From: Octopus vulgaris
Taxonomy: Eukaryota
Assembly: GCA_951406725.2 (NCBI GenBank)
Contig: OX597824.1
Coordinates: 69,068,001 to 69,132,000 of the forward strand
DNA length: 64,000 nucleotides
Reading direction: 5' to 3'
Below, piece by piece: positions 39,951 to 52,465 of this stretch; position 1 is the first letter of the stretch, and each line of letters opens with the position of its first letter. The position numbers and the translations under genes are program-made. The notes beneath the pieces were generated by a model, which worked only from the letters and a program-made list of their open reading frames with translations, did no database searches and was not told the DNA's origin.

Positions 39951-40265
39951 TTAATGATTATCCCTGCTTGTGCGTTGGCCCTCGCTCATAATTTCACGTG
40001 ATTTGCCCTGACAATAGGAATAGTTGTACATGAACCAAGTGGACATACTTTTTCCTTTTACTGTCCGTGCTCATCATTGATGTTGCTGCTACTGTTGTTA
40101 TTGTCATTGTTATTGCTTCTGTTGTTGTTGTTGTTGTTGTTATTGTCATTGTTGTTGTTGCTATTGTTGTTCTTGTAATTCTTGTTTTTGACGTCACTGT
40201 TCTTGTTGGTACCGTTATTGGCGTTCTTGCTGTTCTTGTTATTGCATCGATGTGGCTGTTACTAG

Positions 40266-40585
40266 TGAAGGCGCGTGGCTTAGTGGTTAGAGTTTTTGGT
40301 TCACTATCGTAAGGTCGTGAGTTCGATTCCCGGTGGCACATTGTGCCCTTGAGCAAAGACACTTTAATTTTAGGTTGCTCCAGTCCACTCAGCTGGCAAA
40401 AATGAGTAGTACCTGTATTTCAAAGGGCCGGCCTTGTCACACTCTGTGTCGCTGAATCTCCCTGAGAACTACGTTAAGGGTACACATGTCTGTGGAGTGC
40501 TCAGCCACTTGCATGTTAATTTCACCAGCAGTTACGTTTATCGGATTAACTGGAACTCGCGTCGTCGCAACCGACGGAGTGCCAG
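40266..40585 (+). mobile_element. SINE family B, full length
   Basis: Colinear with 5686-6008. Confidence 0.9.
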
Positions 40586-40707
40586 GCTGGTACTATTGTA
40601 TTTGCTATTGTATTATTGTTGCAGTGCCCTTTGTTGCTGCTGTTGTTATTGTTGTTCTTGTTGCTGCTGCTGTTGTTTTTATTGTTGCTGCTGCTGCACC
40701 AATTTAG

Positions 40708-40756
40708 CTATATATAACTGATCAGATCTCGGGGAGATTTGATCAGTTATATATAG
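40708..40756. repeat. 23-bp near-perfect inverted repeat with 3-nt loop
   Basis: ctatatataactgatcagatctc-ggg-gagatttgatcagttatatatag, one G:T pair. Confidence 0.9.
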
Positions 40757-40784
40757 TCGAAAGTCTCGCTGTAATCCACATACT

Positions 40785-41205
40785 CCTATTTCTTTACTAC
40801 CCACAAGGGGCTAAACACAGAGAGGACAAACAAGGACAGACAAACGGATTAAGTCGATTACATCGACCCCAGTGGGTTACTAGTACTTATTTAATCGACC
40901 CCGAAAAGATAAAAGGCAAAGTCGACTTCGGCGGAATTTGAACTCAGAACGTAGCGGCAGACGAAATACCTATTTCTTTACTACCCACAAGGGGCTAAAC
41001 ACATAGAGGACAAACAAGGACAAACAAATGGATTAAGTCGATTATATCGACCCCAGTGCGTAACTGGTACTTATTTAATCGACCCCCGAAAGGATGAAAG
41101 GTAAAGTCGACCTCGGCGGAATTTGAACTCAGAACGTAACGGCTGACGAAATACCGCTGAGCATTTCGTCCGGCGTGCTAACGTTTCTGCCAGCTCGCCG
41201 CCTTA
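40785..41205 (-). mobile_element. SINE family D dimer, 184-bp period
   Basis: cctatttctttactacccacaagggg at 40785 and 40969. Confidence 0.9.
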
Positions 41206-41379
41206 TCAGGTACAGCTCATTCTTGCCAGCTAAATTGTCTAGAGCATCTTGAAATAGCCTGTCTCGCTCAAAGACACAAAGCGCAGCTGAATATCGAGGT
41301 CATGACCTTACTATTGTTAGCTGACTACCCTAACCATTTAGCCACGGGCCTTCACCAATGGCATTAATATTCTTATCTA

Positions 41380-43350
41380 CAAAAGCGTAAAATTGACTCA
41401 ATAGTAAAAAACACAATCCCGAGCTGTAACTTTATTGCATAAATAGTAAAATCCAAACAACTTCGAATTATTGGAATTATAACATTATTGTATTTGGTTG
41501 ACTCCAGCACTGGGGTTCATCAAAACACAGCATAATGTTTCAGCTAGAATGGGACGAAACATGATCGAGAACTGGCTTCCAATCACGAGATTATGAATAA
41601 ATATAAAAAAATAAAGGAGCGATGGATCTTCTGTCGACTTGACTACTGTCTGGTTCTCTCCAAATTTATATCTAGAATGCAGACATTTAAAATGGCCGTT
41701 GAATGTGCATTATGCGACATTTTAATGAACAGAACCCAGTTTATCTTCAGAGGCTCCAATATGAGCACAGTGAGAACTCGGATATTTACTTGGCAAATAT
41801 ACATTTTCTGAGCAACTATAACACCCTTAGTTCCTTGGATTTGACTGAACATAGGTAATTCCATTCAGGTATTCCTGACAGACACCTCTTTCCTTTTTCT
41901 TATCACTCTTCTAGTGTCCAACACTCCTAAGCCCTACACTAATCCCTACGCCTAGGTTCTCCTTCGCAGAACATTGACTCTGTAATTCTCTCCCTCCTCA
42001 TATACTTCCCCAAGGTGTTGTCTTACAAACGTTCAAAGAGAACATTAATATCACTGAGTTTCACTGATCGAAGAGGGCCTGCACTAACCTTAGACATTGC
42101 TCCTTCCTCTTGACCTAGCTAGCACAGAATGGCTGCGAGGCACACCTTTTAGTTTGGTCACTGGTTCATATTCTGCGTTAAATTATAATTCTTTTACTCT
42201 TTCTGAAGTAGCGGCTGTTCTACGCTGAACCTTCATCATAATTATTTAAATCATTATCAAAATGTATTGAATATAGTAACATTGATTTTAAGTGAATATG
42301 ATTCAAAACTGCAGCGAATTAACCAACTGAATCGGGATTATGATCCATTACACTTTGTCCTTTTCTCCCCAGGAGGTGTGAAAGTTAGGAACATGATGTT
42401 GATGGATGAATAATAACAAAATAATTTCATAGATGGATTATTATGCATACATGTTAATGCATCGATTCAGAGGAAGGTTGCCACAAAAGCACATTGTTAA
42501 TAGCAATAGTAAAGTTGAATAAGGACGGCTCCAGTGACTTTGAAAGAATCAGCGGAAAACTAAGAGCAGAATGTCATCAAGAATTGATGCACCAAATGCG
42601 ACGCCTTCAACCCAAATGGCCGTATTTAATGGCTATGTTGTGCGTCAATCTTCTTTTATTGGACGGGGGACTAAGTTCTCTGTAAATTGTTTTCAGGATT
42701 CGATATCAATTGTTTGCCGCCGTGGGAAGCTATATTATTCCTTGCGCTCACATATAATATAAATTCGTTAGAAATTTTTTTTTACATTGTTTGATATATA
42801 CATCAAAAACCTCGCGTTTGGTCAGACATAATTTTCAGAGTATTTTGTTTGAGAGTGAAGAAGTTACTAATATATATTTATGAAGACGAATGTATTTGAA
42901 AAAGTCAATGGTTTAGTTTACTCGATTGAATGCCAGAATAGAAGCCTTCCGCATACAGATAATAATCCAGAGCAACAAGAATAAACATCACACGCTAGAT
43001 AATTTTAATGTTTGTTGTGCAGAATCTCCACGGAATAATCTAAAGTTGTGGAAAGCCATTTTGAAGTGTAATTGGCAAAGTTCTTGCAGCAATCGCTTTC
43101 TCAAAGACACCAATGGAAACATATAATGATCAAAACGAAATATAAAGGATTACCAAATGCAAATCTCTAATGGAGTTTATCGTTAACCATTCTTTAGACA
43201 GAATTATGAGAATGGTTTTGCATATGGTAATCGATTGGGTTTTACAATCCAATCCTTGGATCAGCAAATTCTACAATACACATGTGAATGTTGAAATATG
43301 TTCATTAATTATGTCCATGAAATATATATCTATACTCCAAGATTCGATTA
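41380..43350 (+). pseudogene. Decayed Helitron Rep (HUH endonuclease) coding region
   Basis: Ordered fragments YDPLHFVLFSPGG, MDYYAYMLMHR, VVRQSSFIG..FQDSISIVCRRGK, SDIIFRVFCLRVKKLL, IECQNRSLPH and NPWISKFYNTHVNVEICS..SMKYI match the Helitron Rep consensus (YDPLxYPLLFP, LPSSFxGGPR..QDAMAI, EFQKRGLPH, PYNPxL..HINVE..KY); many stops and frameshifts. Confidence 0.8.
41830..42150 (+). mobile_element. CR1/L2-group LINE 3' end inserted in the Helitron remnant
   Basis: Translates to NSLPPHILP..LQTFKENIN, resembling the WNSLP...FK C-terminal motif. Confidence 0.5.
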
Positions 43351-43858
43351 CTGCTAAGTTACAGAATACAAGAGGAGAACAGCAAGACAATCAGCACATT
43401 TTTGTTTTATACTTCTCCTTGCTGTTTTCTATCATTTTTTTCTTTTTGTTTTTCTATTTTCTATTTCTTTTTTTTTTTTTTCATTGCTATCACCTCTCAT
43501 GATGGCTTTAAATATATTGCATTCTGCTCTCAAAAGTCGAATTTCTTGTAAGCCCATGAAGAAAGCGATAACAAGAACGAAGACATGTATCCAAAGAAAA
43601 AATGTGCCTCATACCTTATAGTTTATACGAAATGAACGAGATATGCAAAAATACAAAACTGACTTTTATAAAAATGAAAGAAATAACAAAAAGAAAGGGG
43701 AAAAAGTAAGCCGACGAGGGAAAAAAAGAAGGAGAAGAGGAATAAGTAAAAAGTTATATGGCGATAATAGTATAGATACACTGACTTGTGGGTAGAAAAA
43801 GGAACTGAAATTAGAAATCCCTAACGACGATCGCTGGTAACAGTCCAAGGTCGACTAA

Positions 43859-44100
43859 TCTCTTATATAAAATCCGTTCTGTGTGTGTGTGGCTTCTAGG
43901 ATCTCGGAAACCCTCCATCCGATTGCGCTCAAATTCGATATGTAGATACCGACGGTATCAGGGCGTGTATAAGTCTTGAAGAAATTTCAAAACTCGATTC
44001 CAGGTGAGAATGCGATCGATAAAGCCGTGGGAAATCGTTTTTCTTTGGAATAGCAAAAATGTCTATCTTTATTTCTTCTTTTCCTGGTGTCTCAAATTTA
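43859..44100 (+). mobile_element. Possible non-autonomous Helitron 5' end
   Basis: a|tc-tcttatataaaa start followed by a short TG run and ccgattgcgctcaaatt, a common Helitron-N pattern. Confidence 0.35.
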
Positions 44101-44264
44101 GGTTAAATCAGTGTTTCTCAAAGGGGTGGCCTATGGGACGGTCGGACAAGTTGTTTTGAGAAAATTTGGTTTAAATGTTTGACAACTCAGCACCATTAGA
44201 CGGGGGGGGGGCGTTTTGCTCGTATGTATATAATAAACCAATACGTTTGTAAGTTGCTATAAAG

Positions 44265-44560
44265 CAGTGGTTCCTAAAGTGGGTAGTACTGTTCTTTTGG
44301 GGGCGATGGAAAGATCCACAGGGTTTTGAAGAAAAGTGGGGCGATAATGGGGTACCCAAAAGGGGGCGATGGATGCAAAAACAACAACAACAAAATAATG
44401 GGTTGATTAGGTTAAGTTTTATTTGCGAAATACAGCTGTTTTGAATTTGCTGAAGAAAGTGGTCTGTACTCGCGATGGTGAGTGGGGAGGGGGCTAGCAA
44501 TGCTGCTCGGGAACCAAGGGGCGGGGGCGGCGGTAGCCTGAAGAGGTTTGGGAACCACTG
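44265..44560. mobile_element. hAT-like MITE, ~296 bp
   Basis: TIRs cagtggttcctaaa and tttgggaaccactg; flanks ctataaag / tcataaat. Confidence 0.75.
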
Positions 44561-44797
44561 TCATAAATAAAATCCGTTCAGCAAGGACATGCATCCAGCT
44601 GATGCTCTTTTGCACAGAAAAAATTATAACATGAAGATGTTATAGTTTCATCTATAGACGACTAATAAATTATAAAAATATATATATGAAATCGATTAAA
44701 ATTGTTCATCAATTTTTCAATCTATGGAGAAACGGCTAAATTAGCCATGTTTATAAAGGTTCTGTATAAGGTTACATATATTATATCATTTCCTGAT

Positions 44798-45102
44798 TCT
44801 ATAGTAGAAGACACTTGCCCAAGGTGCCACGCAGTGGGACTGAACCTGGAACCATGTGGTTGGTAAGCAAGCTACTTACCTGAAAAAAGCCCGTCGTAAA
44901 TGTTTGTATGTGTATGTGTGTATGTGTTTGTCCCCCACCACCGTTATTGATGTGTTACGATTTTGCAACTTCGCGGTTCGCAAAAGAGACCGATAAATTG
45001 CTAGGCTTTACAAAAATAATATGTCCTGGGATCGACTCGTTCGACTAAAATTCTTGAAAGTGTTGCCTCAACAAGGCTGTAGTCAACTGAAACAAATAAA
45101 AG
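44798..45102. mobile_element. SINE family A with head inverted relative to tail
   Basis: 44799-44880 is the reverse complement of the head; 44881-45102 is the tail in sense orientation. Confidence 0.8.
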
Positions 45103-45112
45103 CTATACAAAT

Positions 45113-46369
45113 ATATATCGTCAAGTATGAAATTTGTAGTAAGGTGTATGATAAACTTTGACAGCTGTTCATTTTGCGCCGTTATTATATGTTGACAATC
45201 TTTATTTTTTGTTAGAAAGCTGACACATCTTTTTTTTTATTCTAACTCATGGTTCGCTTTATAAAGTATTTATAAATCGTTTTATAATATGTTTGTTTAG
45301 AGTTGGGTAAATCGGAAATTCGTACAGTTTTGAAATATGAGTTCTTTCTTGGAAATACAGCATCACAGACAGCTCGGAATATTAATGAAGTATTTCACTC
45401 TAATGTTATTGCACAGCAGACAGTATGAATTTGGTTTGGAAAATTTCTTTCTGGTAACCTTGACCCCAGAAATGAGCAATGCGGTCGACCAGAAACAAAA
45501 CTGGATAATGACGAACTAAAAGCCACTGTCGAGTCAACCCATCTCAAAGTTCCTGCGAATTACCGTTGTTGTTGTTTGGTGTTAGCAAGCAAACAATATT
45601 GACTCACCGAGTTCAAATCGGTAAAGTGAAAAAGTTGGATGAGTTCCGCATGAACTCAATGAAAACCAGAAGCAGCAACGTCACAAAAATGAATAATTTT
45701 TTAATCGAATTGTAACGTGATGAGAAACGGATACAATGCAACAACTGTAGACATTTAGCACAATTGTTAGACAAAGACGAGCCACCAAAACACTGTCCAA
45801 AAAGCAAAATTCATCAAAAGAAGCTTATGTGGTGTGTTTGCTAGTCTGGCGCAGGTGTGATCTATTATGATTTTATAAATGTGGCTCATCAATCACGGAC
45901 GAAGTATACTGCAGCCAACTGGACCAAATGATGCAGAAACTTACACAAAAACAGCCTAGATTAGTCAACATATCCACTTCTATTTTAATGCAAGACAACG
46001 CCAGACACCGCATCGCAAAAATGACATTGGCGAAACTACGGGAGCAGCAGTTGGAAGTTCTCCATCATCCATCATACTCAGCTGATCTTGCCCCCACTAA
46101 CTACCACTTCTTTCAGAACTTGGATAACTTTTTGATAGGAAACAAATTTAATTCCGACGATGCTATAAAACTGGCCTTCCAAGATTTTATTGACTCCAGA
46201 TTGCTAGGTTTTTTACAGTTCTGGGCTGGACAAGCTACCGTTGAACTGGCAAAAGTGTATAGACAATATGGGTGCATAGTTTGATTAATAAAGCTATTCC
46301 TTGTATTCATAAAACACAAGCAAACTTTTTTTTTTCTTTTCTAGAAATTTTATGCTTGACGACCTTATA
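45113..46369 (+). mobile_element. Full-length defective mariner transposon, ~1.25 kb
   Basis: TIRs tcgtcaagtatgaaatttgtag (45118-45139) and ctagaaattttatgcttgacga (46341-46362); TA flanks; transposase remnant inside. Confidence 0.88.
45304..46284 (+). pseudogene. Mariner (DD34D, Hsmar1/cecropia-like) transposase pseudogene
   Basis: N-terminal KSEIRTVLKYEF..TARNINEVF..WFGKF..GRPETKLDNDELKA helix-turn-helix; C-terminal QDNAR and HPSYSADLAPTNYHFF (third catalytic D to N); stops and frameshifts. Confidence 0.88.
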
Positions 46370-46449
46370 ATAAAATACAATTTTCCCTTCACAGGAAGAA
46401 AAAGAAAAAGGAAATAAAGAATGAAATTAAGCGTTTAGAGATAATCCAT

Positions 46450-46575
46450 TCTACTATAGGCACAAAACCTGAAATTTTTGTGAAGGGGGCCAATCGATTA
46501 CATCGACAGCAGTGCTCAACTGATACTTATCTTATCGACCCCGAAAGGACGAAAGACAAAGTCGACCTCGGCGAC
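46450..46575 (-). mobile_element. SINE family D fragment
   Basis: atcgaccccgaaaggacgaaagacaaagtcgacctcggcg. Confidence 0.8.
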
Positions 46576-46663
46576 TATGATGGCGTTGTGCCTAAATTTG
46601 AAACCAATATTAACTCTAGCCGGCTCTTGTAATTTTGTGTTTGTATGTTTTTTTATGTGTGTG

Positions 46664-46739
<76 letters not shown>

Positions 46740-46759
46740 CGTGCGTGTGTTAAAAATGG

Positions 46760-47035
46760 AAAAGACTACCTTCGATCATGAATAACCATGGGATTGCACC
46801 TAGAGAGTTACTCTCTGAGGCACAAGTCCGAGAAAGATTGTTTGTAGAAGACCAGTAGTCGCCTATGCATATTAGCCTCGCCTCTCCACGCCACTGATGA
46901 TGTCCAAGGGAAAGGAAAAGGCCGATACAGCTTGGCACCAGTGATATTCAATGAACTGAATGAAGCGGCGCCACGTGAAATAAAGTGTCTTACTCCAGAG
47001 CAGAACAGAGCCCCATCTAGGAATCGAAATCACTA
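46760..47035 (-). mobile_element. SINE family B2 copy
   Basis: Reverse-complement match to 9430-9705. Confidence 0.8.
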
Positions 47036-47147
47036 AACACACACTCTCTATTTCTGTCACACGCACGCACGCACACACACATAAAACATACATATATACA
47101 TACATACATATATATATATATATAATTTGAAACTGACTTATTGAAGT

Positions 47148-47190
47148 CCACCTGAAGATTGTCGATCAAGACAAGAAACGATTGTAGTGG
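47148..47190 (+). ncRNA. Minimal type-I hammerhead ribozyme with intact core
   Basis: ccac-CTGAAGA-ttgtc(gatcaa)gacaa-GAAA-cgattg-TA-gtgg; all core bases present; in a ~160-bp insert between (TA)n runs. Confidence 0.8.
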
Positions 47191-47277
47191 CGGTTTTTTT
47201 GACTATTTATTAAAATTTTATGTATTGATTAAGACTTTCCTTGTTTGTTTTGCAAAATAGTGGTTTTGTCTCTAATA

Positions 47278-47335
<58 letters not shown>

Positions 47336-47521
47336 TATACATCCATATAGATATAAAGATATATATATATATACCTGGAAATGGATGCGTGACGTTCAAT
47401 AAGATAATAATATAAATAATATATATGTGTGTGTGTATATATGAATATATATACATGTGTATATACATGCATATATACACTCTCTATTTCTGTCACACAC
47501 ACGCACGCATACACACATAAA

Positions 47522-47566
<45 letters not shown>

Positions 47567-47921
47567 TATACATCCATATAAATATAAAGATATATATATA
47601 TATACACGTGTATATATATATATATTTATATATATATATATATATATATTAATTAATAAGGGTGAGAGAATTATATACTAATTTAATAGTATATCTATTC
47701 AACACCAAGTGGCCTAGTGCTCCGAGAAACCTGGATTATTATAATATTTTATAATATATTATAATATTTTTACAAAATAAATATAAGAGAGTGGTCACTA
47801 TATGGCTCACTCTAGCACCAGTTAATCCAAAAGGTTTCAACCACAAAAATACATGTTTCCCATGAAAGTCAGTACGATTGTTAGCTCACACGGACAGGGC
47901 AAATAAAAAATAACAAAAATA

Positions 47922-48017
47922 CAGATTATTTTGGGACAATTGTTTCGCTATTAATGAATTAAATGTAATTTTACTTACAAAAAAATCCACTTGTAGCTCG
48001 TCAGCCAAAACTATCTG
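47922..48017 (-). ncRNA. Type-I hammerhead ribozyme with long stem-II loop (array copy 1)
   Basis: Reverse complement of the motif at 49139-49233. Confidence 0.75.
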
Positions 48018-49138
48018 GATGAAATCTACTCAATCACACGCCAGATTTTACCATAACGATAAATACGCGTGTGGTTCAATTGATTACATCCGACGTTATA
48101 ATTCAAATGCCCCAACTAACAGCGCGCCAAACTTTCACGGAAAACAAAGACTGCATTTAGAAATAAATGTAGCATAATTATAATTAATTAATAAGGGTGA
48201 GAGAATTAGATACTAATTTAATAGTATATCTATTCAACACCAAGTGGCCTAGTGCTCGAGAAACCTGGATTATTATAATATTTTATAATATATTATAATA
48301 TTTTTACAAAATAAATATAAGAGAGTGGTCACTTATGGCTCACTCTATTAATCCAAAAGGTTTCAACCACAAAATACATGTCCCATGAAAGTCAGTACGA
48401 TTGTTAGTTCACACGGACAGGGCAAATAAAAATAACAAAAATACGATTATTTTGGGATAATTGTTTCTATTAATGAATTAAATGTAATTTTACTTACAAA
48501 AAATCCACTTGTAGCTCGTCAAAAACTATCTGGATGAAATCTACTTCACACGCCAGATTTTACCATAAAGATAAATACGCGTGTGGTTCAATTGATTACA
48601 TCCGACGTTATAATTCAAATGCCCCAACTAACAGCGCGCCAAACTTTCACGGAAAACAAAGACTAAGTAAAATTACATTTAATTCATTAATAGCGAAACA
48701 ATTGTCCCAAAATAATCTGTATTTTTGTTATTTTTTATTTGCCCTGTCCGTGTGAGCTAACAATCGTACTGAGGGAAACATGTATTTTTGTGGTTGAAAC
48801 CTTTTGGATTAACTGGTGCTAGAGTGAGCCATATAGTGACCACTCTCTTATATTTATTTTGTAAAAATATTATAATATATTATAAAATATTATAATAATC
48901 CAGGTTTCTCGAGCACTAGGCCATTGGTGTTGAATAGATATACTATTAAATTAGTATCTAATTCTCTCACCCTTATTAATTAATTATAATTATGCTACAT
49001 TTATTTCTAAATGCAGTCTTTGTTTTCCGTGAAAGTTTGGCGCGCTGTTATATTTGAATTATAACGTCGGATTTAATCAATTGAACCACACGCGTATTTA
49101 TCGTTATAAAATCTGGCGTGTGATTGATAGATTTCATC

Positions 49139-49233
49139 CAGATAGTTTTGGCTGACGAGCTACAAGTGGATTTTTTGTAAGTAAAATTACATTTAATTCA
49201 TTAATAGCGAAACAATTGTCCCAAAATAATCTG
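49139..49233 (+). ncRNA. Type-I hammerhead ribozyme with long stem-II loop (array copy 4)
   Basis: cagatagttttgg-CTGACGA-gcta-(42 nt)-tagc-GAAA-caattg-TC-ccaaaataatctg; predicted cleavage after C49220. Confidence 0.75.
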
Positions 49234-49364
49234 TATTTTTGTTATTTTTATTTGCCCTGTCCGTGTGAACTAACAATCGTACTGACTTTCATGGGAAACA
49301 TGTATTTTTGTGGTTGAAACCTTTTGATTAACGGTGCTATATATAGTGACCACTCTCTTATATT

Positions 49365-49585
<221 letters not shown>

Positions 49586-50166
49586 CCTGGAAATGGATGC
49601 GTGACGTTCAATCAGATAATAATATAAATAATTTATGTGTGTGTGTGTATATATGAATATATATACGTGTGTATATACATGCATATATACATATATATGT
49701 ATATATACGTGTATATGTGTGTGTAAGAGTTATATAAGCGCATACACTCACATCCACGGATAAATACGATCAAACACAGACATACACACAAATATATATT
49801 AAGTATACACCTTAATTGAAACACACCTTATATTGATATAAACCTTAAGTGTGCTGGAATCTCAACGACCTTTGTCAACATGCCGGTACACCTTAGCTAA
49901 TAAAACAAAATACAAAAAAGAATAGACAAAAGTCCACAAAACAAACTACCCATAAAGAAACAAAAAACTTAAGTTGTTTTTTGGGGTGAAAGTTCAGATG
50001 TTAGAAAGCAACAGTGAAAAGGTTGGTTAGGTAAACTAACAATTATTATGTAGATGCGTGCTTGAGCGTGTGTTTGTATATGTATGTGTGTATTTGTGAG
50101 TGCGTGTGCGTGTATTTTTAGATGTATGCGTATGTATATATGTATTTACTGTTTTATATATATGTG

Positions 50167-50234
<68 letters not shown>

Positions 50235-50412
50235 TAAGTAGTTGAATGAATTATCCTAGTATGGATAATTCGGTTAACCGATACCCGGGTAGTAAATTTA
50301 CCTCAGAAAGCACGGTTTATTCCTTCGGAATTAAGAATATGCAGTTTTCGAAACATGTGTCGAGAATAAAGGAATTTTGTTAAATCGTCGTTCGACTCCA
50401 TTCTTTCATTTA

Positions 50413-50454
<42 letters not shown>

Positions 50455-50457
<3 letters not shown>

Positions 50458-50668
50458 TCTTTACTCTTTACTCTTTTACTTGCTTCAGTCATTTGACTGT
50501 GACCATGCTGGAGCACCGCCTTTAGTCGAACAAATCGACTCCAGGACTTATTCTTTGTAAGCCTAGTACTTATTCTATCGGTGTTTTTTGCTGAACCGCT
50601 AAGTTACGGCGACTTAAACACACCAGCATCGGTTGTCAAGCTATGTAGGGGGGACTAACACAGACACA

Positions 50669-50680
<12 letters not shown>
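50455..50680 (-). mobile_element. SINE family A, 3' half
   Basis: (ctctttta)n tail plus cagtcatttgactg...catcggttgtcaagc. Confidence 0.85.
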
Positions 50681-50717
<37 letters not shown>

Positions 50718-50849
50718 GTGTGTGTTAAACAGTTCGTCTTCAATTGAGCAAAATAACTAAAGTGACTCGGAATTACTTTAAAAATGAAATAACGAAAAAG
50801 ATCATTTCTGGCCATGCTGTATTTCTCTTGTTTCCACATACATATATAT

Positions 50850-51070
50850 GTATTGGTTTCAAATTTTGGTACAAGGCTAGTAATTTCTTATAAAGGGGGT
50901 AAGTCGATAACATCAACCCCAGCGCTCAACTAGTGCTTATTTTCTCGAGCCCGAAAGGATGAAAGGTAAAAACGACCTCGGCAGAATTTGAACTCTTAAC
51001 GTAAGGACAGAAGAAATGCTGCTAAGCATTTTCCCAGGTATGCTAACGATTCTGCCAGCTCGCCACCTTG
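50850..51070 (-). mobile_element. SINE family D
   Basis: cccgaaaggatgaaagg...tctgccagctcgccacc. Confidence 0.8.
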
Positions 51071-51488
51071 TTTTATATATTTACATTAAAATGAACTCAC
51101 AAGTCCCAATAAATAGAATGAGATTTGCCTATAACGTTATTCTTATATTCACTCTCTATCTCTACATGTGCCTTGCAAATAAGTGCATTGAGAACTGCCA
51201 AGATCTAATATTTGCTAGTGTTCACTCTATTTATTTTTATGCGCCATATATCTTTTACAGGCTTGGGCGATCATGGACCTCGATGTCAAAAATCTGGAGC
51301 TTCATAATTTATTTTGGAGAAGATCAACTTACAGTTGGATGTCACTCGCAAGAGAATATGCTGCTTTGGTAACATGCTGTATGCTTTTACTCTTTGTTTT
51401 AGGTGCCTATGTAGTTGCGTGCAGACATAAACACCTTCTCGGCTGTCTCGCCCTTGACTCTAGCGCATGTAGGGTGTGAGAGCTGGAT

Positions 51489-51519
<31 letters not shown>

Positions 51520-51698
51520 CAGAGAGAGAAAGCGAGAGACTTATTTGAACTATTGCCACCATATCTGCGTGGATTCCCCTTATACCTACACTTTACTCTG
51601 CGGAGTTGATCCTCATCTCAGATATCGTAGTGTAAGTTCAAATCATCTGAGCGCTGAAAACTGTTTCCTATACTGAAATTTTTTGCGATTTCATCTGT

Positions 51699-51764
<66 letters not shown>

Positions 51765-51794
51765 TATTTATTTATATTTATATTTATGTGTGTA

Positions 51795-52005
51795 TCTTTG
51801 TCTCTGTGTTTGTCCCCACCGTCATTGCTTGACAACCGATGCTGGAGAGTTTACGTCCCCGTAACGTTGTGGTTCGACAAGACACACCGATAGATTTAGT
51901 ACCATGCTTACAAAGAATAAGTCCTGGAGTCTATTTCTTCGACCAAAAGGCAGTGCTCTAGCATGGCCACAGTCAACTGACCGAAACAAGTAAAAGAATA
52001 AAAGA
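51795..52005 (+). mobile_element. SINE family A, 3' half
   Basis: ttgcttgacaaccgatgctgg...gaaacaagtaaaaga. Confidence 0.8.
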
Positions 52006-52419
52006 ATATATTATATGTTATATATATATATGTGTGTGTGTATATACATACATATATATATATATATCACCTTCAAAACACGCTGGAGTTGAACTAGGGA
52101 CAGCTGATGAAGGGGATTTTTCCTTGTGTAGTTTGTCTTGTACTCTGTTTTTTCGTTGTAAAAAATGGTCCGTTCCACGCTTGTTTTTACGTTTTCGTTT
52201 CTCGTTGAGTTCTACGTCTATTTGTGGTGTCCTGTACTCACATATATATATTTATATATGCATGTATATATACATGTAGATATAGGTACGTACATATATG
52301 TATATATGTATGTATGCATATATTTTATTTATTACACTATTGTATGACTGAGCGCCCTCGCGTCGATTCGTTTCGTTTCGTTTCGTTTCGTTTCGTTTCT
52401 TCTTCTCCAAGTACAGTTT

Positions 52420-52465
<46 letters not shown>

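Noticed and set aside
45928-46284. ORF read as a domesticated SETMAR-like gene
   Set aside because: Lies within TIRs, the upstream frame is broken and a catalytic Asp is lost; a transposon fossil
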